64,000 nt of DNA from the human T2T-CHM13v2.0 reference genome, Homo sapiens: the NCBI RefSeq assembly GCF_009914755.1, contig NC_060943.1; one strand, 5' to 3'. Positions within the stretch are counted from its first letter, which is position 1. Each line of letters starts with the position of its first letter. The position numbers and the translations under genes were made by a program. Positions 18,960 through 49,615 of this stretch are shown piece by piece. The notes below the pieces were generated by a model. That model was given only the letters and a program-made list of their open reading frames with translations, was not told the origin of the DNA and ran no database searches.

Positions 18960-20350
18960 GTCTCTGTCTCCCTCTGTCTCCGTGTCCCTCTCTCTCTGGG
19001 TCTCTGTCCCCCTCTCTCTCTGGGTCTCTGTCCCCCTCTCTCTCTGGGTCTCTGTCCCCCTCTCTCTCTGGGTCTCTGTCCCCCTCTCTCTCTGGGTCTC
19101 TGTCCCCGTCTCTCCGGGTCTCTGTTTCCCCTTTTCTCTGGGTCACTGTCCTCATCTCTTTGGGTCTGTGTTTCCGCTTTTCTCTGTGTCTCTGTCCCCG
19201 TCTCTCTGGGTCTCTGTCTCTGTCTCTCTGGGTCTCTGTCTCTGTCTCTCTGGGCCTCTGTTTCCCCTTTTCTCTGTGTCTCTGTCCCCGTCTCTCTGGG
19301 TCTCTGTCTTCCTCTCTCTGGGTCTGTTTCCCCCTCTCTCTGGGTCTCTGTCCCCATCTCTCTGGGTCTCTGTCTGTTTCTCCGGGTCTCCGTCCCTGTC
19401 TCTCCGGGTCTCTGTTTCCCCTTTTCTCTGGGTCTCTGTCCTTGTCTCTCTGGGTCTCTGTCCCTGTTTCTCCGGGTCTCTGTCCCCGTCTCTCCGGGTC
19501 TCTGTTTCCCCTTTTCTCTGGGTTTCTGTCCCCATCTCTCTGGGTCTCTGTCCCTATCTCTCTGGGTCTCTGTCCCTGTTTCTCCGGGTCTCTGTCCCCA
19601 TCTCTCTGGGTCTCTGTTTCCCCTTTTCTCTGAGTCTCTGTCCCCGTCTCTCTGGGTCTCTGTCCCTGTCTCTCTGGGTCTCTGTCTCTGTCTCTCTGGG
19701 TCTCTGTCCCTGTTTCTCCGGGTCTCTGTCCCCGTCTCTCCGGGTCTCTGTTTCCCCTTTTCTCTGGGTCTCTGTCCTCATCTCTTTGGGTCTCTGTTTC
19801 CCCTTTTCTCTGTGTCTCTGTCCCCGTCTCTCTGGGTCTCTGTCTTCCTCTCTCTGGGTCTGTTTCCCCCTCTCTCTGGGTCTCTGTCCCATCTCTCTGG
19901 GTCTCTGTCCCCATCTCTCTGGGTCTCTGTCCCATCTCTCTGGGTCTCTGTCCCTCTCTCTCTGGGTCTCTGTCCCCGTCTCTCTGGGTCTCTGTCCCAT
20001 CTCTCTGGGTCTCTGTCCCTCTCTCTCTGGGTCTCTGTCCCTCTCTCTCTGGGTCTCTGTCCCCGTCTCTCTGGGTCTCTGTCCCATCTCTCTGGGTCTC
20101 TGTCCCCATCTCTCTGGGTCTCTGTCCCATCTCTCTGGGTCTCTGTCCCCATCTCTCTGGGTCTCTGTCCCATCTCTCTGGGTCTCTGTCCCTCTCTCTC
20201 TGGGTCTCTGTCCCTCTCTCTCTGGGTCTCTGTCCCTCTCTCTCTGGGTCTCTGTCCCCGTCTCTCTGGGTCTCTGTCCCTCTCTCTCTGGGTCTCTGTC
20301 CCTCTCTCTCTGGGTCTCTGTCCCCGTCTCTCTGGGTCTCTGTCCCCCTC
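18960..20350. repeat. Intronic minisatellite/VNTR (TCTCTGGGTCTCTGTCCC[C/A]..., about 20-23 bp), same family as 9120-9990
   Basis: dozens of tandem copies filling most of intron 3. Confidence 0.95.
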
Positions 20351-20380
20351 CCTGTGTACCCCGCTCCCATGTGTCCACAG

Positions 20381-20561
20381 TTCCTCCGGCTCTCTGACCG
20401 AACGGATCCAGCTACAGTGTATAGTCTGGTCACACGCACATGGGGCTTCCGTGCCCCGAACCTGGTGGTGTCAGTGCTGGGGGGATCGGGGGGCCCCGTC
20501 CTCCAGACCTGGCTGCAGGACCTGCTGCGTCGTGGGCTGGTGCGGGCTGCCCAGAGCACAG
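20381..20561 (+). CDS. TRPM4: TRPM4 exon 4 ([23 protein letters not shown]...RAAQST)
   Basis: cacag|TTC ... G|gtgacc. Confidence 0.97.
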
Positions 20562-20723
20562 GTGACCGAGGGTGGGTGGGGGCTGTCTCCTGGGCCTCGG
20601 CCTGCCTGCCATCTCCCCCACGACTGTGGGTGGCCTCCCCCGCCGCCCAGTGTGTGTGTGTGTCTCTGTCTTATTCTTTGTTTCTCTCCCCCTGCCTCTG
20701 CATGTTCCTCGGCGTCTGTGTAG

Positions 20724-20887
20724 GAGCCTGGATTGTCACTGGGGGTCTGCACACGGGCATCGGCCGGCATGTTGGTGTGGCTGTACGGGACCATCAGATG
20801 GCCAGCACTGGGGGCACCAAGGTGGTGGCCATGGGTGTGGCCCCCTGGGGTGTGGTCCGGAATAGAGACACCCTCATCAACCCCAAG
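20724..20887 (+). CDS. TRPM4: TRPM4 exon 5 (GAWIVTGG...DTLINPK); contains Met175 (20798), the start of the short TRPM4a form
   Basis: tgtag|GA ... AAG|gtgtga. Confidence 0.97.
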
Positions 20888-21016
20888 GTGTGACCCAGGG
20901 ACTTGGAAAAGGGGGCTGGAGGCCTGGACTCCTGGGTCTGAGGGAGGAGGAGGGGCTCGTGTTTGTCCTTCTGGCCCTGATGAGGAGACGCCCTGGTCTG
21001 GCCATTTTTCCCCTAG

Positions 21017-21217
<201 letters not shown>

Positions 21218-21354
21218 TGACCCACAACCCACGACCCACAACCTGCAACCCCAGCGCTCAGGATCCCAGTAGTTTGGTCTGGTCGAGATTTGGGGAATTA
21301 CCTATGGTTAAGTGTCTTTCCCCGTCATTATTCATGGTTTTAAAAACTTCTGTC

Positions 21355-26410
<5,056 letters not shown>

Positions 26411-26577
26411 AAATAAATACATAATTAAGTAAAAAAAGAAATGACAATTCCAATGAGCCTCTGAACAGAAGATTAGGACAAGGCTGATGTTTGCCGACTC
26501 CTGGGAAATGCGGTTTTCTCCTATCTCCAGCAAAGGCTGATGGGAGGTAATCAAGCCCCCTTCTCTTCTTGCCTCAG

Positions 26578-26639
26578 GGACTGGAATTGACATCCCTGTC
26601 CTGCTCCTCCTGATTGATGGTGATGAGAAGATGTTGACG
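26578..26639 (+). CDS. TRPM4: TRPM4 exon 7 (GTGIDIPVLLLLIDGDEKMLT)
   Basis: ctcag|GG ... ACG|gtatag. Confidence 0.95.
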
Positions 26640-26798
26640 GTATAGGGGCCCGGATGCCCGGATCTAAGGGGGAAGGAGGGTTGGGGGCCAGGACTCCTGG
26701 GTCCTGAGTCTTAGGGAGGGTCTGGGGGTCTGACTCCGGGTAGGGTGAATATCCTGCCTTTTCTGACGTGATGAATAAAGAATGCCTTTATCCTGTAG

Positions 26799-26993
<195 letters not shown>

Positions 26994-27014
26994 TGACACT
27001 GGGGGCCCAACTCT

Positions 27015-27092
27015 GGATCCTGAGATGGGAGGGAACTGGGGACTTGGGCTCCTGGGTCTGAGGGAGGAGGGGCTGGGGGCCTGGACTTCCAG
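27015..27092. repeat. MSR1-type chr19 37-bp minisatellite unit(s) (GGACTCCTGGGTCTGAGGGAGGAGGGGCTGGGGGCCT); related copies at about 3825-3870, 10500-10650, 20910-20960, 25914-25952 and 26655-26740
   Basis: close match to the recalled MSR1 unit. Confidence 0.7.
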
Positions 27093-27229
27093 GTTCCGGG
27101 AGAAGAGGGTGCTGGGCATATAGACTATTAGGTCCTGGAGGGGAATGGCCTCCTCCATCCCTTTGGACAGGGCCCAACAGGAGTTGGGGATGGAGGCGGG
27201 CTAGGGATGCAGAACTGGCTATTCCACAG

Positions 27230-27329
27230 GTGGAGAGGATTATGACCCGGAAGGAGCTCCTGACAGTCTATTCTTCTGAGGATGGGTCTGAGGAATTCGA
27301 GACCATAGTTTTGAAGGCCCTTGTGAAGG
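27230..27329 (+). CDS. TRPM4: TRPM4 exon 9 ([14 protein letters not shown]...VLKALVK)
   Basis: cacag|GTG ... G|gtaaaa. Confidence 0.96.
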
Positions 27330-27639
27330 GTAAAAGTTGTACCCTCCAGTCTTCCCCCTCTCTCAGTTCAACCTTAGACACCTTTCCTGGCCTGGGCACT
27401 TCATCCACCCTCTCTAATCTAAGGCCCATGCCCCCTTTACCCCTCTTAATATTTTTCCCCTTTGGGGCTTTGCATGGTGCTATTTGGGCAGTTTTCCCAG
27501 ATGCTTTCATTATGTTCCAGCATCTGCTTTCCTCTGTTGGATCCATCCATCCATTCTTTCATCTTTCCATCCATCCACATGTACAGATCGATCTTTCCAT
27601 CTCTTTACCTACCATCCTTCCAGTCATCCCTCATTCTTT

Positions 27640-28700
27640 CATCCATCCATCCTTTCACCTGTCCATCCACACATCCACTGACAATTCCTGAGAATTCCAT
27701 CCACTCATTCCTCCATCCGTCTTCTCACCTGTCCATCCACACATCCACTGACAATTCCATTCAGTCATCCATCCATCCATCTTCTCACCTGTCCATCCAT
27801 GCATCCACTGACAATTCCTGAGAATGCCATCTGCTCATTCTTCCATCCATCCATCTTCTCACCTGTCCATCTACACATCCACCGAAAATTCCTGAGAATT
27901 CCATCCACTCATTCCTCCATCCATCCATCTTCTCACCTGTCCATCCACACATCCACTGACAATTCCATTCACTCATTCTTCCATCCATCCATCTTCTCAC
28001 CTGTCCATCCACACATCCACTGACAATTCCTGAGAATGCCATCCGCTCATTCCTCCATCCGTCTTCTCACCTGTCCATCCACACATCCACTGACAATTCC
28101 ATTCACTCATTCTTCCATCCATCCATGTTCTCACCTGTCCATCCACACATCCACTGACAATTCCTGAGAATTCCATCCGCTCATTCCTCCATCCGTCTTC
28201 TCACCTGTCCATCCACACATCCACTGACAATTCCATCCACTTATTGTTCCATCCATCCATCTTCTCACCTGTCCATCCACACATCCACTGAAAATTCCAT
28301 TCACTCATTCTTCCATCCATCCATCTTCTCACCTGTCCATCCACACATCCACTGACAATTCCATTCACTTATTCTTCCATCCATCCATCTTCTCACCTGT
28401 CCATCCATGCATCCACTGACAATTCCTGAGAATGCCATCTGCTCATTCTTCTATCCATCCATCTTCTCACCTGTCCATCTGCACATCCACTGAAAATTCC
28501 TGAGAATTCCATCTACTCATTCCTCCATCCATCCATCTTCTCACCTGTCCATCCACACATCCACTGACAATTCCTGAGAATTCCATCCGCTCATTCCTCC
28601 ATCCATCCATCTTCTCACCTGTCCATCCACACATCCACTGACAATTCCATTCACTCATTCCTCCATCCACCCATCTTCCATCCATTTACCCATCTACCCA
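27640..28700. repeat. CCAT-derived minisatellite, about 60-70-bp unit (CCATCTTCTCACCTGTCCATCCACACATCCACTGACAATTCC[TGAGAATTCC]AT...)
   Basis: about 15 tandem copies with an optional 10-bp module. Confidence 0.9.
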
Positions 28701-28939
28701 TCCATCTTTTCATTCATCCATCCAACTGTTCTTCCATCTATCCATCCACCCACCCATTCTTCCTTCCCTACATGCTTCCAATATACATGAAGCGCTCTGG
28801 CTAGACATGAACCAAAGCACTGTCTCCCAGTGAGGAAGTCCAGATATTTCACTAGAAATGGCAGCTTGGAGGACGGAATGATGAAAACCAAGGCAGGGGA
28901 GCATAATGCACACCTGGGAGAGGCTGGGGAGGGTCTTAT

Positions 28940-34950
<6,011 letters not shown>

Positions 34951-35724
34951 AAGCAAGATATTATGAACAATTTTGTTTCCTTCTTTTGAAACTGTGGGGA
35001 AAGTAGGAGAGCTTCATAGAATCGTAGAAAATCGTGGAAAAGTCCGCTCTGAATGGACGTCTGGGTTTTGAAAGAGCACAGAAAGCCATGAGGTCCTAGA
35101 CATGTTACTGCCTTTCTGGGCCTCTGTTTCCTCAAGCACAGCCTTGGAGGTTACACTGGCCAAGCTGTAGTGTCGCCACAGCGTGGAACTTCTTCCCACA
35201 GTTACTGTAATTGATTACAGTGCTATGAAGGGGGTGCCACTATTTCCCATTTAATAGATGAGAAAACTGAGGCTCCCAAGGTTCAATGGCTTGCCTGAAG
35301 TCACTTAGTTGGTACTGGTGGACCGGGGACTGGAACCCACGTCTGCCTGCCCCAGAGCCCATTGCTCACCTCCACTACATGAGATTATCTCTTTCTGTGG
35401 TACCAGTTTTTGGAGCAACCAAAATGAGATGAATTTGTTTTGGAGATAGATATGGAGCAAGTGGAGGCAGAAGGAAACCTAACTCCATGTCACGACAAAT
35501 GCCCTTCAGGACTTTTCATGCCCCTGTTGACTGCACATGTTTGGATCCACTAAATAGCTGGATCAAATTTTTAAGGGTTTCTGGTTCTCTCTTGCTGTTT
35601 CAGTGACCTCCAGGGTCTCTCGGAGTCCCTCTCCTGTTCTCATTTTCTGCTGTTGTCACCTCTTTCCCTTCACAATATACCCCAAGTTTCAGAAATCAGA
35701 GTGACTCACGTTTGTCATCATCTG

Positions 35725-35767
<43 letters not shown>

Positions 35768-36576
35768 GCACCCGGGCCTTTGCTTCTGCTGTGCCTGCTG
35801 CTTTGAACGCCCTTTTCGCACCTTAGGGGCACACCTCCCAGTCCTGGTGGTCTTTCAAAGTGCTACCTCAACACCCATTCTCTGGGAGCTCTCTTGGGCC
35901 ACTCTATACCTCTGTGACCATATCCTCCTCTGGGCCCTAATCATATTATATGCCTATAGATGCCTCCTTAGACACCCCTCCACCCTGCCTTCCATTATGG
36001 CCTGTCCAGCCTTCCCTTTAATCGCCCATCCATCTCTGATTGTCCGTCTGCCCCATCTTGTTTCCTCTCTCCCCATCCATCCGTCTGTCCATCTATCCAT
36101 CTATCCACCCTGTACATCCATCTATCCATCCATCCGTTCATTCATCCATCTCTTTATCCTTTCATCCATCCATTTATCCATCCCATCCATCCATCCTTCT
36201 ATCTGTCCATCCATCCATCCTAATCATATTATATGCCTACCTCTGAGGGCACCAAGCACCCTGAGGGTAGTTATGTGTTGGGGGGACATATTTCCCCCAA
36301 TAGAACCAGCTTCTTCAGGGTAGGAACTGTATCTGATTTCTCTCTCCATCCCTCCCACTGCTTGGTCCATAACATACCTCAATAAATATTGAATGAATAA
36401 GTGATTCCTTTTGTTTCTTCTTGGGGGCTGTAAACCAGTGGTCTGTGCTCTGGCCCTGAGCCAAATGACCTTATGCCTATGATAGCCTGACTGCTTTAAG
36501 ACCCCCACACTCTGCCCAGTAGCAACCCCTTTATGCAGAGTTTAAAAGTCAGACATGCAAAATAGAGGCAAAATAG

Positions 36577-37110
<534 letters not shown>

Positions 37111-37229
37111 TCTCTGCCTTCTTAGACGCCCCTCAACCCTGCCTTCCATTATGGCCTGTCCAGCCTTCCCTTAATTGTCCATCCATCTCTGTCCATCTGC
37201 CCCATCTTGTTTCCTCTCTCCCCACCCAT

Positions 37230-37850
37230 CCATCTGTCTGTCTATCCATCCATCCACCCTGTACCTCCATCTATCCATTCATCCATTCATTCATCCATCT
37301 ACTTATCCATCCATCCATCCATTTGTCCATCCATCCATTTATCCATCCATCCATCCATCCATCCATCCATCCATCCATCCATCTGTCCATCCATCCATCC
37401 ACCCATCCATCCATCCATCCATCCATCTATCTGTCCATTCATCCATCCATCCATTCATCTGTCCATCCATCCATCTACCTATCCATTCATCCATACATCC
37501 ACCTATCCATTCATCCATACATCCATCCATCTACCTATCCATTCATCCATCCATCCATCCATCCATCCATCCATCTGTCCATCCATCCATCCATCCATTC
37601 ATCTGTCCATCCATCCATCTACCTATCCGTTCATCCATCCATCCCTCTGTCCATCCATCCATCCCTCTGTCCATCCATCCATCCCTCTGTCCATCCATCC
37701 ATCCATCCATCCATCCATCCATCCATCTGCCCATCCATCCATCTGTCCATCCATCTGTCCATCCATCCATCTACCTATCCATTCATCCATCCATCCACCC
37801 ATCCATCCATCCATCCATCCATCCATCCATCCATCCATCCATCCGTCCCT
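37230..37850. repeat. (CCAT)n simple repeat
   Basis: read directly. Confidence 0.95.
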
Positions 37851-37890
37851 CATACCCTTGCCCATCTCTTGTCCTTAACCTTTGAGCTAA

Positions 37891-38555
<665 letters not shown>

Positions 38556-38749
38556 GTGAGTGCTGACTTGGCGCTCCTGCATCCCTGTCCTTTAGGCCAC
38601 TGGATGCCAGTGTTCCCGAAACAATTACCATACAATTCCCCGACCCCTGACGTCACCTGACAGGCGCCCCATCCTCCGTCGCTGATATATGCCTCCAACT
38701 GCTTCCTCTTTCTTTTCTCTCTCTCACATCATGCATTATTTTATGTGTT

Positions 38750-42875
<4,126 letters not shown>

Positions 42876-42943
42876 TAGAGATGGAGTCTCACCATGTTGC
42901 CTGGCTGGTCTTGAATTCCTGGGCTCAAGCAATCCTCCTCATT

Positions 42944-43657
42944 TGTAACCACCCAATGGGTTCACGTTGCCCGCTGCCTAGACAGAGCCGATTTATCAAA
43001 ACAAGGAAAGTGTAATGGAGAAAGAGTAATTCGCGCAGAGCCGGCTGTGCGGGAGACCTCAGTTTTATTATCACTCAAATCAGTCTCCTCGAGGATTCAG
43101 GGATCAGAGCTTTTAAAGATAATTTGGTGGGTAGAGGCTTGGGAAGTGGGGAGTGCTGATTGGTCAGGTTGGAGATGGAATCACAGGGGTTGGAAGTGAG
43201 GTTTTTCTTGCTGTTTTCTGTTCCTGGGTGGGATGGCAGAACTGGTTGAGCCAGACTACAGTCTGGGTGGTGTCAGCTGATCCATCCAGTGCAGGGTCTG
43301 CAAACTATCTCAAGCACTCATCTTAGGTGTTACAGTAATGATGTTATCCCCAGGAGCAATTGGGGGAGCCAGAGGCTGCGTGACCCCTAAACTTAATTTC
43401 TAATCTTGTAGCTAATTTGTTAGTCCTGCAAAGGTAGACTGGTCCCCAGGCAAGATGGGGGTCTTTGGGGAAAGGGCTATTATCAATTTCGTTTCAGAGT
43501 CAAACCATGAACAGAATTCCTTCCCAAAGTTAGTTCAGCCTATGCCCAGGAATGAGCGAGGACAGCTTAAGGGTTAGAAGCAAGATGGAGTCGGTTAGGT
43601 CTGATTTCTTTCATTGTCATAATTTTCTCAGTTATCATTTTTGCAAAGGTGGTTTCA
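42944..43657 (-). mobile_element. Solo LTR8 (ERV1) inserted inside an Alu
   Basis: TG...CA ends; the minus strand begins TGAAACCACCTTTGCAAAAATGATAACTGAG like the recalled LTR8 consensus; the Alu resumes on both sides. Confidence 0.8.
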
Positions 43658-43945
43658 CTTCAGCCTCCCAACGTGCTGGGATTATAGTCGTGAGCCACTT
43701 TACCCAGCCTCCAACTGCTTCTTGACCTGTCTGTGACTGCTGAATTGATTCTAACTGCAGCCCAGCCCCTGACTTGCATCCCTGGTCTCTGAACCACCTG
43801 ACTTCTGGCATTTTCAACTGACTTTCAGTTTCTTCCAGATCCATCTCCAAACATTACTTCATCCTTGGCCTCTGATGACCCCAGTTAGTTTCTGACCTCT
43901 GACTCTGTTCCTTCCCTTGACTTCAGGCTTCCTCCCCCTCTATGA

Positions 43946-44657
<712 letters not shown>

Positions 44658-45500
44658 TAAAAAGTTCCACTCCAGATAGAGAAACTCCTTGTGACCCTGT
44701 CAGGAAATTCCACCTTTAACCTTGGAAGTCCTTCCCGCTTTCAGGGAAGAGTCCATTTCTTTCAAAGGAAGTCCTAGCTCATCCACAGGAAGTCCTACGG
44801 CATCCACAGGAAGTCCTTTCCACTTCCTTTAGAGGTCCCTAGTTTCAGTTTTCAGCAGTTAGAATGGCCTCACTGAACAATTACCTTTTTTTTTTTTTGG
44901 ACATAAACAAACTTTGGTCTAGGAAATCTCACCCTTCCTATAGGAAATCATCTGCCTTGGGAAGCCCTACTTGCTCCCACAGTCTCTCCGATCCTGACAA
45001 GTTGACATTTTGGAAACATTATCAATATTTTTAGTTTAAATCTGACAGGGGCTCAGAGTCCCACTTTAGTACAGGAAGTTGTGCCCAACAGGAAGTCCCA
45101 TCCTCATCTGTTGGAATGGTTTGGCTGACATTTCAAACAGCTACCCAGAGTCCCTTGCTGTGGATAGTGGTTAAACTCATGGATTCCAGCTCTACCACAT
45201 ACAAACTGTGTTTCTTTGGGCCGTTTCCTTAACCTCTCTGTGCCTCATGTGTACCAAGGAGGAGATACTAGTACCCACCCCCTTATGTGTCAAGGGTTCG
45301 GTGGACTAATCTACATAAAGTGCTTAGCCCTGTATCTGCCATATGGTGTCAATTTAAGTGTTGACTGTTTACTGCCAAAACCTGGCCTAAGTTGTCTTTG
45401 CCTTTCACCACCGTTTCCCTACCTCAATAGTTGTGGCTGTGACATTGGGCACTTGCTCTGTACTCTGGAGCTGCAGTCCAACCCTTGCTGGGCGTCTTAG

Positions 45501-45821
<321 letters not shown>

Positions 45822-45959
45822 TGAGTTTTGGGGGGGATCCTCCCTGTGGTATCTCTAGTGGCAGTTACTCTGCCTTTCTGGCCATGGCTCTGGGGGAAGG
45901 TCCCTTTGGGATGACTTTAGGAGACCACCTCTCTGTCCCTCTGCCATGTCTCCGGGTGA

Positions 45960-46118
<159 letters not shown>

Positions 46119-46189
46119 TGAGTGGAGCCTCCAGCACTGTGTGAGGTGGGGACACCCTGGGCAGTTCAGGACATGTGCCAGTTCCACGT

Positions 46190-47196
46190 TGTGTTAGTCC
46201 CCTCTTGAGTTGCTACAAAGTTGCTAAACCTGAGACTGAGTAATTTATAAAGAAAAGAGGTTTCATTGGCTCATGGTTCTGCAGGTTGTACAGGAAGCAT
46301 AGTGCTGGCATCTGCGGCTGGTGAGCCCTCAGGAAGCTTCCACTCATGGCAGAAAGTGAGGGAGGAGCCAGTGTATCACATGGCGAGAGCAGAAGCAGGA
46401 GTAGGGGTGCCACATAGATCTCATGTGAACTAACTGAGCAAAAAGTCTCCAAAGGGATGGTGCTGAGCCATTTGTGAAGGACCCACCACCAGGACCCAAA
46501 CACTTCCCCCAGGCCCCACCTCCAACATTAGGGATTACATTTCTTTGTTCTTTTTTTCTTTTTTTTTGATACGGAGTCTCCCTCAGTTGCCCAGGCTGGA
46601 GTGCAGTGGTACAATCTTGGCTCACTGCAGCCTCTGTTTCCTGGGTTCCTGATCAGCCTGCCTCAGCCTCCCAAGTAGGTGGGAGTAGAAGTGCATGCCA
46701 CTACGCCCAGCTAATTTTTGTATCTTTAAAGTAGAGTCGGGATTTCACCATGTTGGCCAGGCTGGTGTCAACCTCCTGACCTCAAGTGATCCGCGCACTT
46801 TGGCCTCCCAAAGTGCTGGGATTACAGGTGTGAGCCACCGGGCCCAGCCAGGGATTACATTTCTTTCTTTCTTTTTTGAAATGGGGTCTCGCTCTGTCGA
46901 CCAGGCTGGAGTGCAGTGGTGTGATCTCCGCCTCCTGGGTTCAAGCGATTCTCCTGCCTCAGCCTCCCGAATAGCTGGGACTACAGGAGCCCACCACCAC
47001 ACCTGGCTAACTTTTGTACTTTTAGTAGTGACAGGGTTTCATCACATTGGCCAGGCTGGTCTTGAACTCCTGACCTTGTGATCCGCCCGCCTCAGCCTCC
47101 CAAAGTACTGGGATTACAGGCATGAGCCACCATGCCTGGCCCAGGGATTACATTTCAATGTGAGATTTGGAAGGGACAAACATCCAAACTATATCA
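46190..47196 (-). mobile_element. MST-family (ERVL-MaLR) solo LTR split by two Alus
   Basis: tgtgttagtcc...aactatatca ends; 5-bp TSD CACGT at 46185-46189 and 47197-47201. Confidence 0.85.
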
Positions 47197-47469
47197 CACG
47201 TCCCATCAGGGACTGAGATACTGAGGAAGCTTCCCAGGTGCCAAGCTCAAGACTTGGCTCAAGATTTGGTTCTGCCATCAAGGAGGCCATCACCAGAAAT
47301 TGATTTTCTTCATGCTACACATACTTCCATCCCTCTGTAGCAAGCGGAATCAGTTGATTGAGGGATTTTTCACCTATTTTGTTCGTGGTCCCAAGGCCCC
47401 TGCTTTTAATCACTATGCTATGGTTGCCGTTAAGGTATTTTAAAAGTCAGGCCTAAGCAAATGAAATAG

Positions 47470-47667
<198 letters not shown>

Positions 47668-47834
47668 TAGTAGAGACGGGGTTTCACCATGTTGGCCAGG
47701 ATGCTCCCCATCTCCTGACTTTGTGATCTGTCCTCCTCAGCCTCCCAAAATGCTGGGATTACAGGCATGAGCCACCATGCCTGGCCTATATATAGTTTTT
47801 TAAGACAATGTAGAGAGGATACAAAATATTTATC

Positions 47835-48197
47835 TGTAGCCATAAAAAAGAACGAGATCATTTCCTTTGCAGTGACATGGTTGGAGCTGGAGGCCATTAT
47901 CCATAACAAACTAACAGGAACAGAAAACCAAATACCCCATGTTCTCACTTATAAGTAAGAACTAAATGATGAGAACACATGGACACACAGAGTGAAACAA
48001 CACACATTGGGGCCTATTGGAGGACAGAGGGTAGGGCGAGGGAGAGGACCAGGAAAAATAACTAGTGGGTACTAGGCTAAATACCTGGGTGATGGAATAA
48101 TCTGTACAACAAACCCCCATGACACAAATTTACCTACCTAACAAACCTGCACATGTACCTCTGAACTAAAAATAAACGTCAAAAAATAAAAAAAAGA
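47835..48197 (+). mobile_element. 5'-truncated L1 3' end (L1PA16/L1PB-like)
   Basis: ORF2 end (atgttctcacttataag), 3'UTR and A-tail; TSD acaaaatat(t/g)tatc. Confidence 0.85.
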
Positions 48198-48373
48198 ACA
48201 AAATATGTATCAAGAGAGAAGGGAAAAACTAAGATAAACATTTGGACCACTGAGAAAGGTTGATAGAAGGCCCCAGTGTCTGAGGTCAGGATCAGTAATG
48301 GTGTCCTTCCCTAGCAATTTCTCATCTGCACATGTGATGATGATGACGACCTTGATAACAGCTGATGTTATGA

Positions 48374-48661
<288 letters not shown>

Positions 48662-49184
48662 TGATCTGCCCGCCTCGGCCTCCCAAAGTGCTGGGATTAC
48701 AAGCATGAGCCACCGCACCCGTCCGGAAATCAGTTCGTTTAATTCCAACAACCCAGTGCAATAGGGCCTATAATTATTCTCATTTTGCAGGTGAAATAAT
48801 GGAGTCATTCAGTCACTTGCCTCAGATCATGTGGTTGGTAAATGGTAGAGCCGAGATTTGATCCCAGATCCTCTTGTACCTGAGTCTGTGCTCTCAGCCC
48901 CTGTGGAGCCCCCCCACTGAGAGCTCTGTTGAAGGACAGATCCCAAGATCCCCCCAGAGAGGCTGGGGCTGAGCCCAGGAACCTGCCTGTGGCCTGGCTG
49001 GAGGTGATTCAAGATGGCAGATGTGGGGGAAGCTTTCTGACCCACCGCTCTCCCTTCTTACCAGGATTCTGCAGGAGAACTGTGAAATACCATGATGGTT
49101 TTCTCTATCAGTAGGGAGCTTGCTGTCCTCTCTGCATCTGACCTTCTTTCTCTAGGAGTTCTTAGTTTCTGTAGCTTTCACTAT

Positions 49185-49615
49185 TCTCCTCCTTCTCCTC
49201 CTCCTTCTCCTCCTTGTCCTCCTCCTTGTCATCCTCCTTCTCCTCCTCCTCGTCATCCTCCTTCTCCTCCTCCTCTTCATCCTCCTCCTCCTTCTCCTCC
49301 TCTTCCTACTCATCCTCCTCCTCTTCCTCCTTCTCCTCATCCTCTTTCTCTTCCTCCTCCTCATCCTCCTCCTGCTCCTGCTCCTCCGCCTTCTCCTCAT
49401 CCTACTTCTCCTCTTCATCCTCCTCCTGCTCCTGCTCCTCCGCCTTCTCCTCATCCTACTTCTCCTCTTCATCCTCCTTCTCCTCTTCCTCCTCTTCATC
49501 CTCCTCCTCCTGCTCCTGCTTCTCCGCCTTCTCCTCATCCTCCTTCTCCTGCTCCTCCTCCTCCTGCTCCTCTGCCTTCTCTTCATCCTCCTTCTCCTTC
49601 TCCTTTCTTCTTCTT
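49185..49615. repeat. (CCT/CTT/CAT)n triplet low-complexity tract
   Basis: read directly. Confidence 0.95.

Noticed and set aside
18730-20723. Long ORFs (up to 609 aa)
   Set aside because: Same artefact from the intron 3 VNTR
27640-28700. Repeat-spacer (CRISPR-like) appearance
   Set aside because: No unique spacers and no cas genes; human tandem repeat
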